This document shows, piece after piece, positions 8,167-18,851 of a stretch of 64,000 nt of DNA. Source of the DNA: an uncultured delta proteobacterium. Its GTDB lineage: Bacteria > Myxococcota > B64-G9. Where the stretch lies: contig CAVWHX010000004.1 of assembly GCA_963754925.1 (NCBI GenBank), forward strand, positions 1,408,001-1,472,000, given 5' to 3'. The position numbers and the translations under genes were made by a program. Each line of letters begins with the position of its first letter. Within the stretch, counting starts at the first letter, position 1. The notes under the pieces were generated by a model. That model was not told the origin of the DNA, ran no database searches, and was given only the letters and a program-made list of their open reading frames with translations.

Positions 8167-9546
8167 TTATTTTTCAGCTTCAATAACTTTCCACCATATT
8201 TCGCCGCCAACCACAGCGCCGAATCCGAGCTTATCGCCCGTGGTATCAAAACGCATGCCGCCAACCCAATCGAACGAAGAGCGTGTCGTGTTGCCGACGA
8301 CAACCGTAAAGCGGCCCTGGTGCATGGCGGCGTAAGCGAGGGTTCCCTTGTTGGAGAACAGCGGACGGCCGACTTTCTCAAAAAGCTCGCCACATTGTTC
8401 GTCTCGTACCATACCCCATTGGTCTCCGACTTGGGCGGCATACGCAATAGATTTCCCGTCCGCACTGAAAACGGGAAGATCGACCGCCGAAAAGGCCGTT
8501 TTTTTCTCTCCATCGAGAACAATATAGGCCTCCCCATCTTTCCAAGCAGCAAAGGCTAATCTTTTTCCATTGGAACTGAAGGTAAGCCAACGCGCCTGGT
8601 TATAACTTTTTTGAATTTTCCCATCTACAACAACCATGACCTCATCATTGTTATGAGCGATGTAGGCAATGGAACGGTCATTTCTCGGTCTAAAGATAGG
8701 GTTCTCGACAGCGGTGAAGGCCGGTCCGGCGTTTCCGTTTGTTATCACACGCCAACTATCGCCCTTTCGTGCGGCAAAACAAAACGACTTCCCCGAAGAA
8801 CTAAATGTCGGCCACAAGACCTCATCATATCGCTCTTCTCTTTCATCACCATTCACGACGACACTCCATTGACTGTTATAGCGGGCACTGTAGGCAAATA
8901 CACCGCCCGAGCCGAAGATCACCGGAGACACTTGTTCGTATTCGTGGCCGACCTGCCCGTCTATGACTACCTGCCATTTCAAGCCTTTTTGACCCGCGTA
9001 AGCAATATGGTTACCGTCCTCACTGATAACCACCCAATCGATTCTATTCCATGTTAACTTGCTGGACCCTATTATTTCAAAGGTCCATTCTTGAGCGGAG
9101 ACGTTGTTAGGGATGAAACGGATTCGATCCAGTCGTTCGATTTCCGGCACCGCAACCGTTGTTAACATGACAAAGCCGTTGTCAATCTCTTGCGCGGGAA
9201 AACGTTGCAAGCCATCGGGGCTATGCGCCTCGACGCTCCATTCGACAACGGAATGGTATGGGGTACGAATGTGCATGGTCCATGAGGTATGTGATCTTAT
9301 TTTGGGAAATAGAGTGGAACCGCCCATGTTGGTGTAGTTCGTAAACCATGGGTTGTCGTTGGTTGAGGTGAGCTTATTCGGATCAATCTCCATCGGCAGT
9401 GAATCAAGACGATGTTCTATGCCAAAATCGTCTTGTGCATAGGCACTGCCAACAAACGTGAACAACTCGACGACACACAACATCTTCAGACAAAAACGAG
9501 TTCTGAGAGGGTGCATACGGTCTACCTTAAATATTTTTACAACCAT
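8167..9546 (-). CDS. Exported protein with repeated beta-propeller-like blades (WD40/TolB-like)
   Basis: Signal-like N-terminus (..SAYA/QDD); ~38-aa repeats 'PxFS.DG..IAYAA..G..W.VVVDG'. Confidence 0.7.
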   Translation of the reverse strand: MVVKIFKVDRMHPLRTRFCLKMLCVVELFTFVGSAYAQDDFGIEHRLDSLPMEIDPNKLTSTNDNPWFTNYTNMGGSTLFPKIRSHTSWTMHIRTPYHSVVEWSVEAHSPDGLQRFPAQEIDNGFVMLTTVAVPEIERLDRIRFIPNNVSAQEWTFEIIGSSKLTWNRIDWVVISEDGNHIAYAGQKGLKWQVVIDGQVGHEYEQVSPVIFGSGGVFAYSARYNSQWSVVVNGDEREERYDEVLWPTFSSSGKSFCFAARKGDSWRVITNGNAGPAFTAVENPIFRPRNDRSIAYIAHNNDEVMVVVDGKIQKSYNQARWLTFSSNGKRLAFAAWKDGEAYIVLDGEKKTAFSAVDLPVFSADGKSIAYAAQVGDQWGMVRDEQCGELFEKVGRPLFSNKGTLAYAAMHQGRFTVVVGNTTRSSFDWVGGMRFDTTGDKLGFGAVVGGEIWWKVIEAEK

Positions 9547-9724
9547 AGCGTCTCAAAGAGACTACACCCGATTCGAGACTTCGCTCGAATCGAGTGCGTG
9601 ACCGGGTTTACGGTCCTTTGCGCCATGCCAAATTTCGAACAACGTGTTGTTGTTCCCGTGCCACAAAGAGACTATCGTATTGAATCGATCGATTCAATAA
9701 AATCGCCGCTCGGCCTGAAATCTA

Positions 9725-9934
9725 ATCCCCTTCGGGGATGTAGAAATTCATGCTGAGCGCAGCGAAGCCAGAATTTCTTATCCCCTTCGGGGATAAGAGG
9801 CTGTCCACAGGATAAGAGGCTGTCCACAGGATAAGAGGCTGTAACTCCCTTCGGTCGTAACAGCCTCTAATAACGCTCACTTCGTTCGCTAACAGCCTCT
9901 AATAACGCTCGCTGCGCTCGCTAACAGCCTCTAA
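9725..9934. repeat. Cluster of nesting hairpin elements: triple nest at 9781-9934 (minus strand) plus an inverted related unit at 9741-9793
   Basis: Three left arms ending TAACAGCCTCTAA and three right arms GGATAAGAGGCTGT, arranged LLL-RRR on the minus strand. Confidence 0.88.
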
Positions 9935-9994
9935 TTGATTGACATCGATACTCGGTAGTGTTACCGCTCTGACATAATTCGGGAAGGAGATACT

Positions 9995-10984
9995 ATGATT
10001 ATGTATCGAGTTGGAACGACCATCGGTATGCTTGTTGCGTTGGTAGCATACCTGCCTGCGGCACGAGCAGATCAGTCCAACGCTTCAGAGAGCACCGGAA
10101 AACAGGAACCCGCGGCTGCCCAGCCAGCCCCTCCGCCAGCGAACAAGGAATCGAAGATAACGGCGCTTGAAGTCACGATCAAGGTCTTAAGCCGTGGCGC
10201 TGATCCGAAAAAAGCGCTTCGGTATAAATTTACACAGGGCAAAAAAAGCACCATGGTCATAGAAATGAAAATGGCCATGACCATAGAAATGGGGGGCATC
10301 AAACAACCAGAAATGATCATGCCTGTCGTTCGCACCACTACCATGGTTGAAAACAAAGACGTTAGCCCCGATGGAACACTGCGGTATGAGTTTAAGTTGA
10401 CGGCGGCCGAAGTTCTTCCCGATCCAAAGGCCATGCCCCAAGTGGTAAGCGCCATGGATGGCGAAATGAAAAAGCTTATCGGGCTTAGCGGCTATGTGGT
10501 GATTACCAATCGGGGTATCATCAAGGATACCTCCGTAACGATCCCCTCTGTTGCCGGCCAGCAAGTAGAACAACTAGTCAACGTTATTCGCCAACTGTCG
10601 ATACCATTTCCCGAGGAGGCGGTAGGCAAAGGTGCCAAGTGGGAAGTGCGCATGCCGGTCAACATGTGGTCGCTTAACTCAAGCCAAGTGGTAACCTATT
10701 CAATCGAGGAGCTTAAGGGTGACGCGGGAAAATTCGCGGTTGCGTTAGAGTTGATCGCCCCGTCGCAGAAAATTGAAAGTCCTAACATAACGCCAGGAAC
10801 CGAAATGTATTTGGAGTCTTTGAAGTCATCCGGTTCCGGGACCGTGAATTTTAATTTGACGCGGTTGGTGCCTATCTCCGTTACGAAAATCACCACCTCG
10901 ATGAGCATGAACATCTCGACCGCCGGAGCGCAGCAAAACATTAAGAGCAGCATGGATATGGACATGAACCTAGCACCAAAGTAA
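9995..10984 (+). CDS. Secreted hypothetical beta-rich protein
   Basis: AGGAG RBS; signal peptide ..PAARA/D; 'LRYKF.QG' and 'PFPEEAVGKGAKW' motifs. Confidence 0.8.
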   Translation: MIMYRVGTTIGMLVALVAYLPAARADQSNASESTGKQEPAAAQPAPPPANKESKITALEVTIKVLSRGADPKKALRYKFTQGKKSTMVIEMKMAMTIEMGGIKQPEMIMPVVRTTTMVENKDVSPDGTLRYEFKLTAAEVLPDPKAMPQVVSAMDGEMKKLIGLSGYVVITNRGIIKDTSVTIPSVAGQQVEQLVNVIRQLSIPFPEEAVGKGAKWEVRMPVNMWSLNSSQVVTYSIEELKGDAGKFAVALELIAPSQKIESPNITPGTEMYLESLKSSGSGTVNFNLTRLVPISVTKITTSMSMNISTAGAQQNIKSSMDMDMNLAPK

Positions 10985-11086
10985 TTGTCCAAGCCGTTAT
11001 CCGGCAGTTCCTATCAAAACAGCGCAGCATAAACCGAGCAGTAAAATCGAACCCCGCTTTCGCAGGGATGAGGTGTTCGGCTACGA

Positions 11087-11794
11087 CTAGATGAAAGTGA
11101 CTAACGATGGATCGTTATGTATCTCGAGGTGGGCAATTGAATTATAGGTTGATAGGCTCAATCGTTGGTCATCATATAAAAATGTTGAAACCGCAGTATT
11201 GTGAATATGGCGGGGTAACTGCATGGCATATCGGTCCTCGAGGGAAAGGGCGATTTGCATGGCTGCCGCAATCGGACCTCCGGAGGTAAAGACCGCAACG
11301 CGCTTGCCAGAACCATTTTCCATGCGTATTCGATCAATGCCGGCTTTCACCCTCGTGTTTATATCTTTCCACGATTCAAGGGAATTACCTGAAGATTTAT
11401 TCTGAGCCCACCGCTGCATAACCTGGCTATATACGTTCTTGAAAGCGTAGGGATCCGTATTGATCGATTCCACTGCCTTGGACAGAGCGGGATCTTCAGC
11501 GGCCAGCTCGGCGACCAGTTTCATAAGGTCGGAAAAGGTGTCAAACTCGTTGAACTCGTCGAGAATGATCGGCGTCTCGATCAGGTGATTGCGTGGCAGT
11601 CGCGCTATCACCGCCCGGAACGTGGCGATCTGCCGATCGAAGGATCCGCTGTAGAAGGTATCGAACGTGACACCGGTGCGTGTGAAATAGTCGCCGAGGA
11701 GTTCTGCCTGGCGGACTCCAAGGACGGAAAGGCAATCATAGTTTTCTTTCCCAAAAGAAGCTTGGCCGTGCCGTATGATGTAAATGATGCTCAT
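11087..11794 (-). CDS. Histidine phosphatase family protein
   Basis: IRHGQASFG, VFTSGGPI, YNSIAHL. Confidence 0.9.
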   Translation of the reverse strand: MSIIYIIRHGQASFGKENYDCLSVLGVRQAELLGDYFTRTGVTFDTFYSGSFDRQIATFRAVIARLPRNHLIETPIILDEFNEFDTFSDLMKLVAELAAEDPALSKAVESINTDPYAFKNVYSQVMQRWAQNKSSGNSLESWKDINTRVKAGIDRIRMENGSGKRVAVFTSGGPIAAAMQIALSLEDRYAMQLPRHIHNTAVSTFLYDDQRLSLSTYNSIAHLEIHNDPSLVTFI

Positions 11795-12207
11795 GTGAGT
11801 TTCTTGCCAGTCGTTGTGGCCGATAGTTTGCCGTGTTTAACGCCGCGTGTTCCGATGAGCGTATCCGCGATGTGTTGCACCTGCGTGGAGGTACCCTTGA
11901 CCGCAATTACCTCGAGGCAATTGTCATGGTCAAGATGGACATGCATGCTGGAGAGTATTGACTCGTGAAAATCATGTTGGATGTTCGTCAATCGATCGGT
12001 GAGCTCGCGCTTATGGTGATCGTACACAATGGTGACGGTTCCCACGATCTCGTCGTTGCCTTCCCACTCCTCGCGAACCAGGGCCTCACGGATAATGTCT
12101 CGCAACGCTTCAGAGCGGTTTTGGTATCTGTGTTTTTTGATCATCCGCGAGAAACGCTCGAAGAGCTCTGTATCTATCGACGCGCTGAATCGAGTTGTTG
12201 CTGTCAT
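11791..12207 (-). CDS. nikR: Nickel-responsive transcriptional regulator
   Basis: RHH domain (RFSAS..NRSEALRDIIR), YDHH, HVHLDHDNCLE nickel site. Confidence 0.96.
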   Translation of the reverse strand: MTATTRFSASIDTELFERFSRMIKKHRYQNRSEALRDIIREALVREEWEGNDEIVGTVTIVYDHHKRELTDRLTNIQHDFHESILSSMHVHLDHDNCLEVIAVKGTSTQVQHIADTLIGTRGVKHGKLSATTTGKKLT

Positions 12208-12303
12208 CTTAAACGTCCTTTCTTTCTGCTCCCATCCCTTAGATTCCCCTATACCATTTTTCCCCTGAATCCTCTCTTCGGAGTATGTTTGCTGTTGTCG
12301 GTT

Positions 12304-12711
12304 TCATTTCGCGCCAGCTTTACGCAGCAATTCGGCGATCTCCGTATGGCCCCTTTTTTCTGCAACCCTGAGTGGAGTCAAACCCTGCGCATCGACATTG
12401 AGGTTCGCACCTTTATCTAACAGCATCTTCAGCACTTCAAGATGACCGTTCTGCGCGGCTATCCAAAGCGGTGTGGCACCGTTGTCTTTCCTGGCATTAA
12501 CCATGGCAGGGTCAGCCGAGATCAGGGCGCGGACTTTTTCGAGATCACCCAGTCCCGCAGCTTCGTGAATCGAGGTAGTTGCACAACCCGCCAAGCATAG
12601 GATTGCGAGGAATGAAAATGAAATGTTCCTACTGATCAATAGGAGACCAGATGGCACTGACCGAGGGTTCTGTTTGAATTTTTCGCACAATTGCCGGGCC
12701 TGCTTGTTCAT
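12304..12711 (-). CDS. Ankyrin-repeat lipoprotein (start uncertain)
   Basis: Lipobox LAGC; GATPLWIAAQNGHLEV and GLTPLRVAEKRGH ankyrin repeats. Confidence 0.8.
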   Translation of the reverse strand: MNKQARQLCEKFKQNPRSVPSGLLLISRNISFSFLAILCLAGCATTSIHEAAGLGDLEKVRALISADPAMVNARKDNGATPLWIAAQNGHLEVLKMLLDKGANLNVDAQGLTPLRVAEKRGHTEIAELLRKAGAK

Positions 12712-12966
12712 GGCTTTTGATCCTTTGAAGCTGTCGTAACCATTTTTTGTACCCATCAGACCTACAACAAAGTTACGCACAGGCGAAATAAAAAACACTG
12801 GCTTTCGACTTAACCCTCCACGGATGTTTAAACAGCACTTTTGTTTGAATCTGCTACTATCCAGACTGGCATGCGATGTTCTTTACCAATTTTCTGTCAA
12901 AATCAAGATGATTGGCCAAAATACGCTCTTGACAGCACCCCATACTAACAGGATACCTATGCGCCC

Positions 12967-14763
12967 ATGGTACAGATTCGAAATTTCAGCATCGTCGCCC
13001 ACATCGATCACGGCAAGTCCACCTTGGCGGATCGCTTGATCCAACGCGCTGGGCTTGTCGCCGATCGCGACTTCCGCGACCAGATTCTCGACAATATGGA
13101 TCTCGAACGGGAACGGGGAATCACAATTAAAAGTCAAGCCGTTACCTTGCCGTATACCAACCAGCAAGGCGAGGAATTCGCCCTCAACCTCATCGATACT
13201 CCTGGTCACGTGGACTTCACCTATGAAGTTTCCCGGGCATTGGCAGCCTGCGAGGGCGTATTGCTTCTGATAGACGCCTCCCAGGGGGTCGAAGCGCAAA
13301 CGCTCGCCCATCTGTACTCAGCCATGGAACACAACCTCGCCATCGTGCCGGTGATCAACAAGATCGATTTGCCCTCGGCCGACATCGAGCGCACCAAGGA
13401 GCAGATAGAGGTGGATCTCGGTCTTGACGCCGAGCACGCCGTGCAGGTCTCGGCCAAGGAAGGCACCGGCGTTGAAACGCTCCTCGAGGCCATCACCACC
13501 GGGATCCCACCGCCGCGCGGTGACCCCGAGTCGCCTCTCCAAGCGCTCATATTTGACGCCCAGTACGACTCATTTCGCGGTACAATTGTCTCCTGCCGCC
13601 TGTTCGAAGGCACCGTGCGTCCGGGCGATACCATCCGCATGATGTCAAGCGGCGCCGCTTTTAAAGTCGAAGAGGTCGGTCTCTTTCGATTACATCGTGA
13701 AATACGCAAGGAGTTACATGCCGGCGAGGTCGGCTATCTCATTGCCGGGATCCGCACTGTCCGCGACACGCGGGTCGGAGACACCATTACCCTGGATACC
13801 AATCCGGCGGCGGAGGCGCTGCCGGGCCTGCGCGACATCAAACCCGTGGTGTTTTCTTCGCTGTATCCGATTTCCTCGAACGATTATCCAAGCTTGGCCG
13901 ATGCGCTGGAGAAGCTCAAGCTCAATGACGCATCGCTCGGGTTCCAAAAAGACAGCTCGGCCGCCCTCGGCCAGGGGTTTCGCTGCGGCTTCCTGGGCTT
14001 GCTGCACCTTGAGATAGTCCAGGAACGGCTTGAACGCGAGTACAACCAATCGCTCATCGTTACCGTGCCGAGTGTTCAATATCGTTACACCCTCAAGAAC
14101 GGTGAGGTGCTGACGGTTGATAATCCTACCTACTACCCTGATCCGACCACGATAGAAAAAGCCGAAGAGCCGTACATCAAGGCCAGCATTCTGTTTCCCG
14201 ATCGCTATATGGGCGCGGTGATGAACCTATGCCTCGATCGGCGCGGGGTTAATTCAAGCTTTCAGTACCCCACCCCTGGCCGGATCGAATTCACCATCGA
14301 AATGCCGCTCGCCGAAGTGATCTACGATTTCTACGATCGGCTCAAGAGCGTCACCCAGGGGTACGGTTCGTTTGACTACGAGCTCATCGGCTACCGTGAA
14401 TCAGACCTGGTCAAGCTCGACATCCTGGTCAACGGTGAAAAGGTCGACGCCCTCTCGATTATGCTACATAAGGAGCGCGCACGTTCGCGCGCGGTACAGA
14501 TCTGCGATCGGCTGAGAAATGAGATTCCGCGCCAGCAGTTCAAGATTGCCATCCAAGGCGCCATCGGCGGGACCATCATCGCACGCTCGACCGTCTCTCC
14601 GTACCGCAAGGATGTCACCGCCAAATGTTACGGCGGCGACGTCACCCGCAAGCGCAAGCTGCTCGAGAAACAAAAAGAGGGCAAGAAGCGCATGAAAATG
14701 GTGGGGCAGGTCGAGATTCCGCAGAGCGCCTTCGTGGCGGTTCTGAGGACCGATGATGATTGA
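12967..14763 (+). CDS. lepA: Elongation factor 4
   Basis: [46 protein letters not shown]. Confidence 0.98.
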   Translation: MVQIRNFSIVAHIDHGKSTLADRLIQRAGLVADRDFRDQILDNMDLERERGITIKSQAVTLPYTNQQGEEFALNLIDTPGHVDFTYEVSRALAACEGVLLLIDASQGVEAQTLAHLYSAMEHNLAIVPVINKIDLPSADIERTKEQIEVDLGLDAEHAVQVSAKEGTGVETLLEAITTGIPPPRGDPESPLQALIFDAQYDSFRGTIVSCRLFEGTVRPGDTIRMMSSGAAFKVEEVGLFRLHREIRKELHAGEVGYLIAGIRTVRDTRVGDTITLDTNPAAEALPGLRDIKPVVFSSLYPISSNDYPSLADALEKLKLNDASLGFQKDSSAALGQGFRCGFLGLLHLEIVQERLEREYNQSLIVTVPSVQYRYTLKNGEVLTVDNPTYYPDPTTIEKAEEPYIKASILFPDRYMGAVMNLCLDRRGVNSSFQYPTPGRIEFTIEMPLAEVIYDFYDRLKSVTQGYGSFDYELIGYRESDLVKLDILVNGEKVDALSIMLHKERARSRAVQICDRLRNEIPRQQFKIAIQGAIGGTIIARSTVSPYRKDVTAKCYGGDVTRKRKLLEKQKEGKKRMKMVGQVEIPQSAFVAVLRTDDD

Positions 14764-14816
14764 GTTTCGATCTATAGGTCTTTCCTAACGAAGTAATGGT
14801 ACAATTATTGCGGTTA

Positions 14817-14946
14817 CTGGATCCCCGTTTTAGAGACTGTTACGACCGAAGGGAGTTATCAGAGCTTGTTGACGAACGAAGTGAGTCTTACAAGCTCTTA
14901 TCCTCTGGACAGTCTCTTATCCCTTGAGGGGTTCACGGGGATGACG
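14817..14946 (+). repeat. REP palindrome interrupted by a doubly nested hairpin element (14830-14931; inner copy 14859-14909)
   Basis: CTGGATCCCCGTT[TTAGAGACTGT..GTTA[TCAGAGCTTGT..CTCTGGA]CAGTCTCT..GAGGGG]TTCACGGGGATGACG. Confidence 0.85.
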
Positions 14947-14975
14947 AAAATGACCCGTGGTATACAGTTCTGAAT

Positions 14976-15030
14976 GTCATTCCCGCGCAGGCGGGAATCC
15001 AGATTGTAGGGGCGCGATTAATAGCGCCCT
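14976..15030 (+). repeat. REP copy plus a GTAG-type REP hairpin
   Basis: GTCATTCCCGCGCAGGCGGGAATCCAG, then GTAGGGGCGCGATTAATAGCGCCCT. Confidence 0.75.
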
Positions 15031-15046
15031 TGCCGATACCTAGCAC

Positions 15047-16154
15047 ATGATTACACCGGGCCTTTATATTCACGTTCCCTTCTGCCTCTCGAAGTGCCCC
15101 TACTGCGGATTTGCTTCGGAAGTGGGTCGAACCGGGGTGCCGAGCTATCTGGCGGCGCTTGCACAAGAAGCAAGCGCCTATCGCGATCAGTTTCCGCGTT
15201 TTTGACACCCTGTACCTCGGCGGAGGCACTCCGAGCGTTTTGACTTCGGACGAGCTCGGACAGATCATAACGATAGCGCACCATGAATTCGAGATTGCAC
15301 GGGACGCCGAAATCTCCGTTGAAGTCAACCCCGGCGACATTGCAGAAGCCTGGTTAGCGGCCGCACGCTCGTGGGGGGCAAATCGGATCAGTCTCGGAGT
15401 TCAATCTTTTAATGAACAAGAACTGCTCCTGCTCGGGCGGCGGCACGACGTTGCGCAAGCCGAGACGGCCGTTCACACGGTCCGCGCGGTCGGTTTTGAC
15501 AATCTCAGCATCGATCTGATTTTCGGCCTTCCGGGTCAAGAGATTTCGGATCTTGAGCGCAGCATCCACCGGGCCCTTGAGTATGGACCCGAGCATCTGT
15601 CGTGTTACCAGCTCACCGTGGAGCCGGGCACCGTGTTGTCGCGCCGCGTAGCCGCGCATGAGCTTCGGTTGCCTGATGAAGAGCAACAGGCCGAGATGTT
15701 CCTATGGTTGGATCAGATGCTAACAGAGGCTGGCTATCTGCATTACGAGGTCTCAAACTATTCCAGAGGCGGCACGTACCGCTCGCGGCATAACAGCAAG
15801 TACTGGGTCCATACGCCCTACCTGGGGCTTGGGCCTGCCGCGCACTCATTGCTGGGAACGAAACGCTGGTGGAATCATAATACCGTCGCTCAATATTGTG
15901 CGGCATTCTCTCACGACAGCTTGCCGCTTGCCGGCAACGAGGATCTCACCCCTGTGCAAGAACGGTTGGAGACTATCATGCTTGGTCTACGCACCTGCGA
16001 AGGAGTGGCGCTTACGCTCTTCAAAGAATCCCAGGTGTTGGCGACGATAAAAAAATTGCAGCAAAAGGGGTGGCTCTCTCTTACTCAAGATAGGGTGATT
16101 CCGACAGCTACCGGCTTGCTTCACGCCGATGGGATAGTGCGGCTATTGGCTTAA
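15047..16154 (+). CDS. hemW: Radical SAM heme chaperone HemW; apparent frameshift near 15200
   Basis: ATG 15047 gives [20 protein letters not shown] (CxxxCxxC); continues in another frame as [28 protein letters not shown]; lepA-hemW synteny. Confidence 0.9.
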
Positions 16155-16161
16155 TCTCTAG

Positions 16162-16214
16162 CCCCTAAAGGGACAAGAGATTGTACGCCTCGCTACGCTC
16201 GCTACAATCTCTAG
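16162..16214 (-). repeat. Solo copy of the nesting hairpin element
   Basis: Minus strand CTAGAGATTGTAGCGAGCGTAGCGAGGCGTACAATCTCTTGTCCCTTTAGGGG. Confidence 0.85.
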
Positions 16215-16251
16215 CATCGACAAAATTTGTATGGTGTATGATAGGGTTCCT

Positions 16252-17271
16252 ATGAAAAAGAAACTTTCAACACTCGGCGAGTTTGGGGTGATCGATATCC
16301 TTGCTCGCGATATCAAGCCACGGCACTCGTGGGTCAAAACCGGGATTGGTGACGATTGTGCAGTTCTTGATATCGGCGGGGGACAATCTCTCCTGGTGAC
16401 CACCGATATGCTTATCGAACGGGTTCATTTCTTACCCAAAAAAATAACTCCCTACCAAGTTGGCTGGAAAGCGCTAGCGGTTAATGTCAGCGATATCGCC
16501 GCCATGGGAGGGGAGCCCAAGGCAGCATTCCTCGCGCTCGGACTTTTTCCCGAATCAGATGAAGAATTTGTGCGTGAGTTCAAGCATGGATTAACTACCT
16601 GTGCAGACGAATTCGGATTGGATCTCCTCGGGGGTGATACCGTTGCGACGCCAGCCGATGTGACCGTATGTTTAACTGTGCTGGGCACTGCACCGGCAAA
16701 TCAAGTTGTGTTCAGGAAAGGAGCGAAACCCGGCGATCTCATTTGGCTTGGCGGCGTGGTTGGCGACAGCGCGGCGGGACTGCATCTGTTACTCGGAAAA
16801 CCCGGAAACCTACCCAAGCGCCAGCGTGATCAGCTGGTGCGGGCGCACCTCGAGCCGCGACCCCAAGTAGAGCTCGGTCGCTGGCTCGCGAAAAACTCGC
16901 TTGCCACCGCCATGATCGATGTGAGTGACGGGGTGCTTCAGGATTTGTGGCATATCTGCACCCAAAGCGGGGTAGGGGCCGAAGTTGATGCCGATACGTT
17001 GCCGTTGTCGAAGGCAGCACGGCAGCTTGCCTCTTCGGAAGGTGGCGATGCACGCGAATGGGCGCTTTCAGGCGGCGAGGACTATGTCCTGCTGTTTTGC
17101 ACCTCGCCTGAAAAACGCGATGAAGTATTGTCGGCATTTCCTGGCTCAACAATCAAGCATAGGCCCACGGAGATCGGCCGTATCACGACCGAGCGCCGAC
17201 TTCGCGTAGGTTTCCACGGAGTCTGGTGCGAACGAGCGCCCTCTGGTTACGATGCATTTAAGGGAAAATAG
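16252..17271 (+). CDS. thiL: Thiamine-monophosphate kinase
   Basis: GEFGVI, GIGDDCA, NVSDIAAMG, GGDT, IDVSDG, GGEDY. Confidence 0.96.
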   Translation: MKKKLSTLGEFGVIDILARDIKPRHSWVKTGIGDDCAVLDIGGGQSLLVTTDMLIERVHFLPKKITPYQVGWKALAVNVSDIAAMGGEPKAAFLALGLFPESDEEFVREFKHGLTTCADEFGLDLLGGDTVATPADVTVCLTVLGTAPANQVVFRKGAKPGDLIWLGGVVGDSAAGLHLLLGKPGNLPKRQRDQLVRAHLEPRPQVELGRWLAKNSLATAMIDVSDGVLQDLWHICTQSGVGAEVDADTLPLSKAARQLASSEGGDAREWALSGGEDYVLLFCTSPEKRDEVLSAFPGSTIKHRPTEIGRITTERRLRVGFHGVWCERAPSGYDAFKGK

Positions 17272-17293
17272 TCCTGACCCGTTTACGCTCCAC

Positions 17294-18031
17294 CTATCCT
17301 GCGCCCTGCATGCGCAGCGGCCGTTCCAGGTGATTGTCTAGCAGGAGCGCCTCATCGGCGAAGATGGCAGGCGTGGGACCGTCGGCCGCGACCTTGCCGT
17401 GGTCGAGGATGATGGTGCGTTCGCACAGGTCAAGCACCAAGTCCAGGTCGTGCGTAGCGATGAGCTTGGTATGCGTGAAGGTCTTTAAGAGCTCGATCAA
17501 TTGGCGCCTGGTGTACGGGTCAAGACCGGCGCTGGGTTCGTCCATTATCAGGATATCGGGTGACATAGCCAGCACCGTGGCAATGGCTACGCTCCTTTTT
17601 TCGCCGCCCGAGAGCTTATACGGCGGCCGGTGCTTGAGGTGTAGCGCCCCGACCCTTGTCAAGGCGCCGTCCACCACGGCCGAGATTTCGTCCGGCGGCA
17701 CACCCTGGTTGAGCGGCCCGAAAGCCACATCGTCAAAGACCGTGGGCATGAAGAGCTGGTCGTCCGGGTCCTGGAAGATCATGCCCACCCGGCCGCGCAC
17801 CTGGGCCAGGTTCTGCCGGGTCAGGGGATGATCGCCGATATGCACGCTGCCGTGGTTGGGAAAGAGACAGCCGGTCAGGTGCATGAGTACAGTAGACTTG
17901 CCGGCGCCATTGGCGCCCACGATGCCTACGGATTCCCCGTGTATAATCCGGAAATTGATGTTGTCCAACGCTGGAGTGCCGTCTGGATAGGCATAGCTCA
18001 GATCCTTAACCTCCACGATATGATGGCTCAT
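17294..18031 (-). CDS. ECF transporter ATPase (NikO/CbiO)
   Basis: GANGAGKS, FQDPDDQLF, LSGGEK, DEP, ATHD. Confidence 0.92.
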   Translation of the reverse strand: MSHHIVEVKDLSYAYPDGTPALDNINFRIIHGESVGIVGANGAGKSTVLMHLTGCLFPNHGSVHIGDHPLTRQNLAQVRGRVGMIFQDPDDQLFMPTVFDDVAFGPLNQGVPPDEISAVVDGALTRVGALHLKHRPPYKLSGGEKRSVAIATVLAMSPDILIMDEPSAGLDPYTRRQLIELLKTFTHTKLIATHDLDLVLDLCERTIILDHGKVAADGPTPAIFADEALLLDNHLERPLRMQGAG

Positions 18032-18837
18032 CGTAGGCCCTCCACGTAGCTTCCTAGGAGCATGGGGAGGTTGTACGTCCGCGCCAGGAAAAAGAAGAGG
18101 CCCCAGGCTAGAACAAAGACAATATCCAAGACGTCGGCCTGGAACGATCGCGCCAGACGGATGCGGCCGTCGAAAGCGCGGCAGAGCATGGCCTGGTGTA
18201 TATGCTGGGCGCGGCTTAACGTGCGCAGCAGCAACTGGCCGGAGAGGCTGCCGTAAACGCGCATCGCCACGCCGCGAGCGCCCGGGGAGCGTAGCATATA
18301 CGCCCGCCGAATACGCAAGGCCTCCTCCACTAGGATGAACAAGTAGCGGTACAGGAATAGGAGTTGGACTACGAAAACGCGCGAAATCTTAAGCCGTTCC
18401 AGGGCCAGGCACACGGACTCGAACCCGGTGACGGCGATCAGGATCAAGGCCGCACTCACGGTCAGGACGAAGCGCAGCAGGATGGACGCAAAGGAAATGA
18501 GCCCGCCCGAGATGGGTATTGATCCGAACTGCATGACGATCTGATGGTCAAGGAAGGGATTAAAGATCCCGATCATGACTGCGAACGGCGAGGCGATCAG
18601 AAGCTTGCGGGTGATGGCGCGCACGGGGATATTGCCCAGGGCGATGATGGTCACGGGATAGAGCACCAGCGGCAGGAGCGCGGATACGGCATATTTGTCG
18701 AAGGAAATGACCGTGACGATGAACATCGCGGTCGCGATCAGCTTGGCTCTGGGGTCCCGGCGATGGATGCATGTATTTTGGGAGGCCAGTTCGTTGAGCC
18801 CCCCGATGGTTAAGAGCGCGGTATCAAGGCTGGCCAT
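18028..18837 (-). CDS. ECF transporter T component (NikQ/CbiQ)
   Basis: DPRAKL, FLYRY, AMLCRAFDG; multiple transmembrane segments. Confidence 0.92.
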   Translation of the reverse strand: MASLDTALLTIGGLNELASQNTCIHRRDPRAKLIATAMFIVTVISFDKYAVSALLPLVLYPVTIIALGNIPVRAITRKLLIASPFAVMIGIFNPFLDHQIVMQFGSIPISGGLISFASILLRFVLTVSAALILIAVTGFESVCLALERLKISRVFVVQLLFLYRYLFILVEEALRIRRAYMLRSPGARGVAMRVYGSLSGQLLLRTLSRAQHIHQAMLCRAFDGRIRLARSFQADVLDIVFVLAWGLFFFLARTYNLPMLLGSYVEGLR

Positions 18838-18851
18838 GACGCAATCCTATC

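Noticed and set aside
9790..9934. Direct repeats (19 bp and ~32 bp) resembling a mini CRISPR array
   Set aside because: No unique spacers and no cas genes; the pattern is fully explained by nested left and right arms of the hairpin element.
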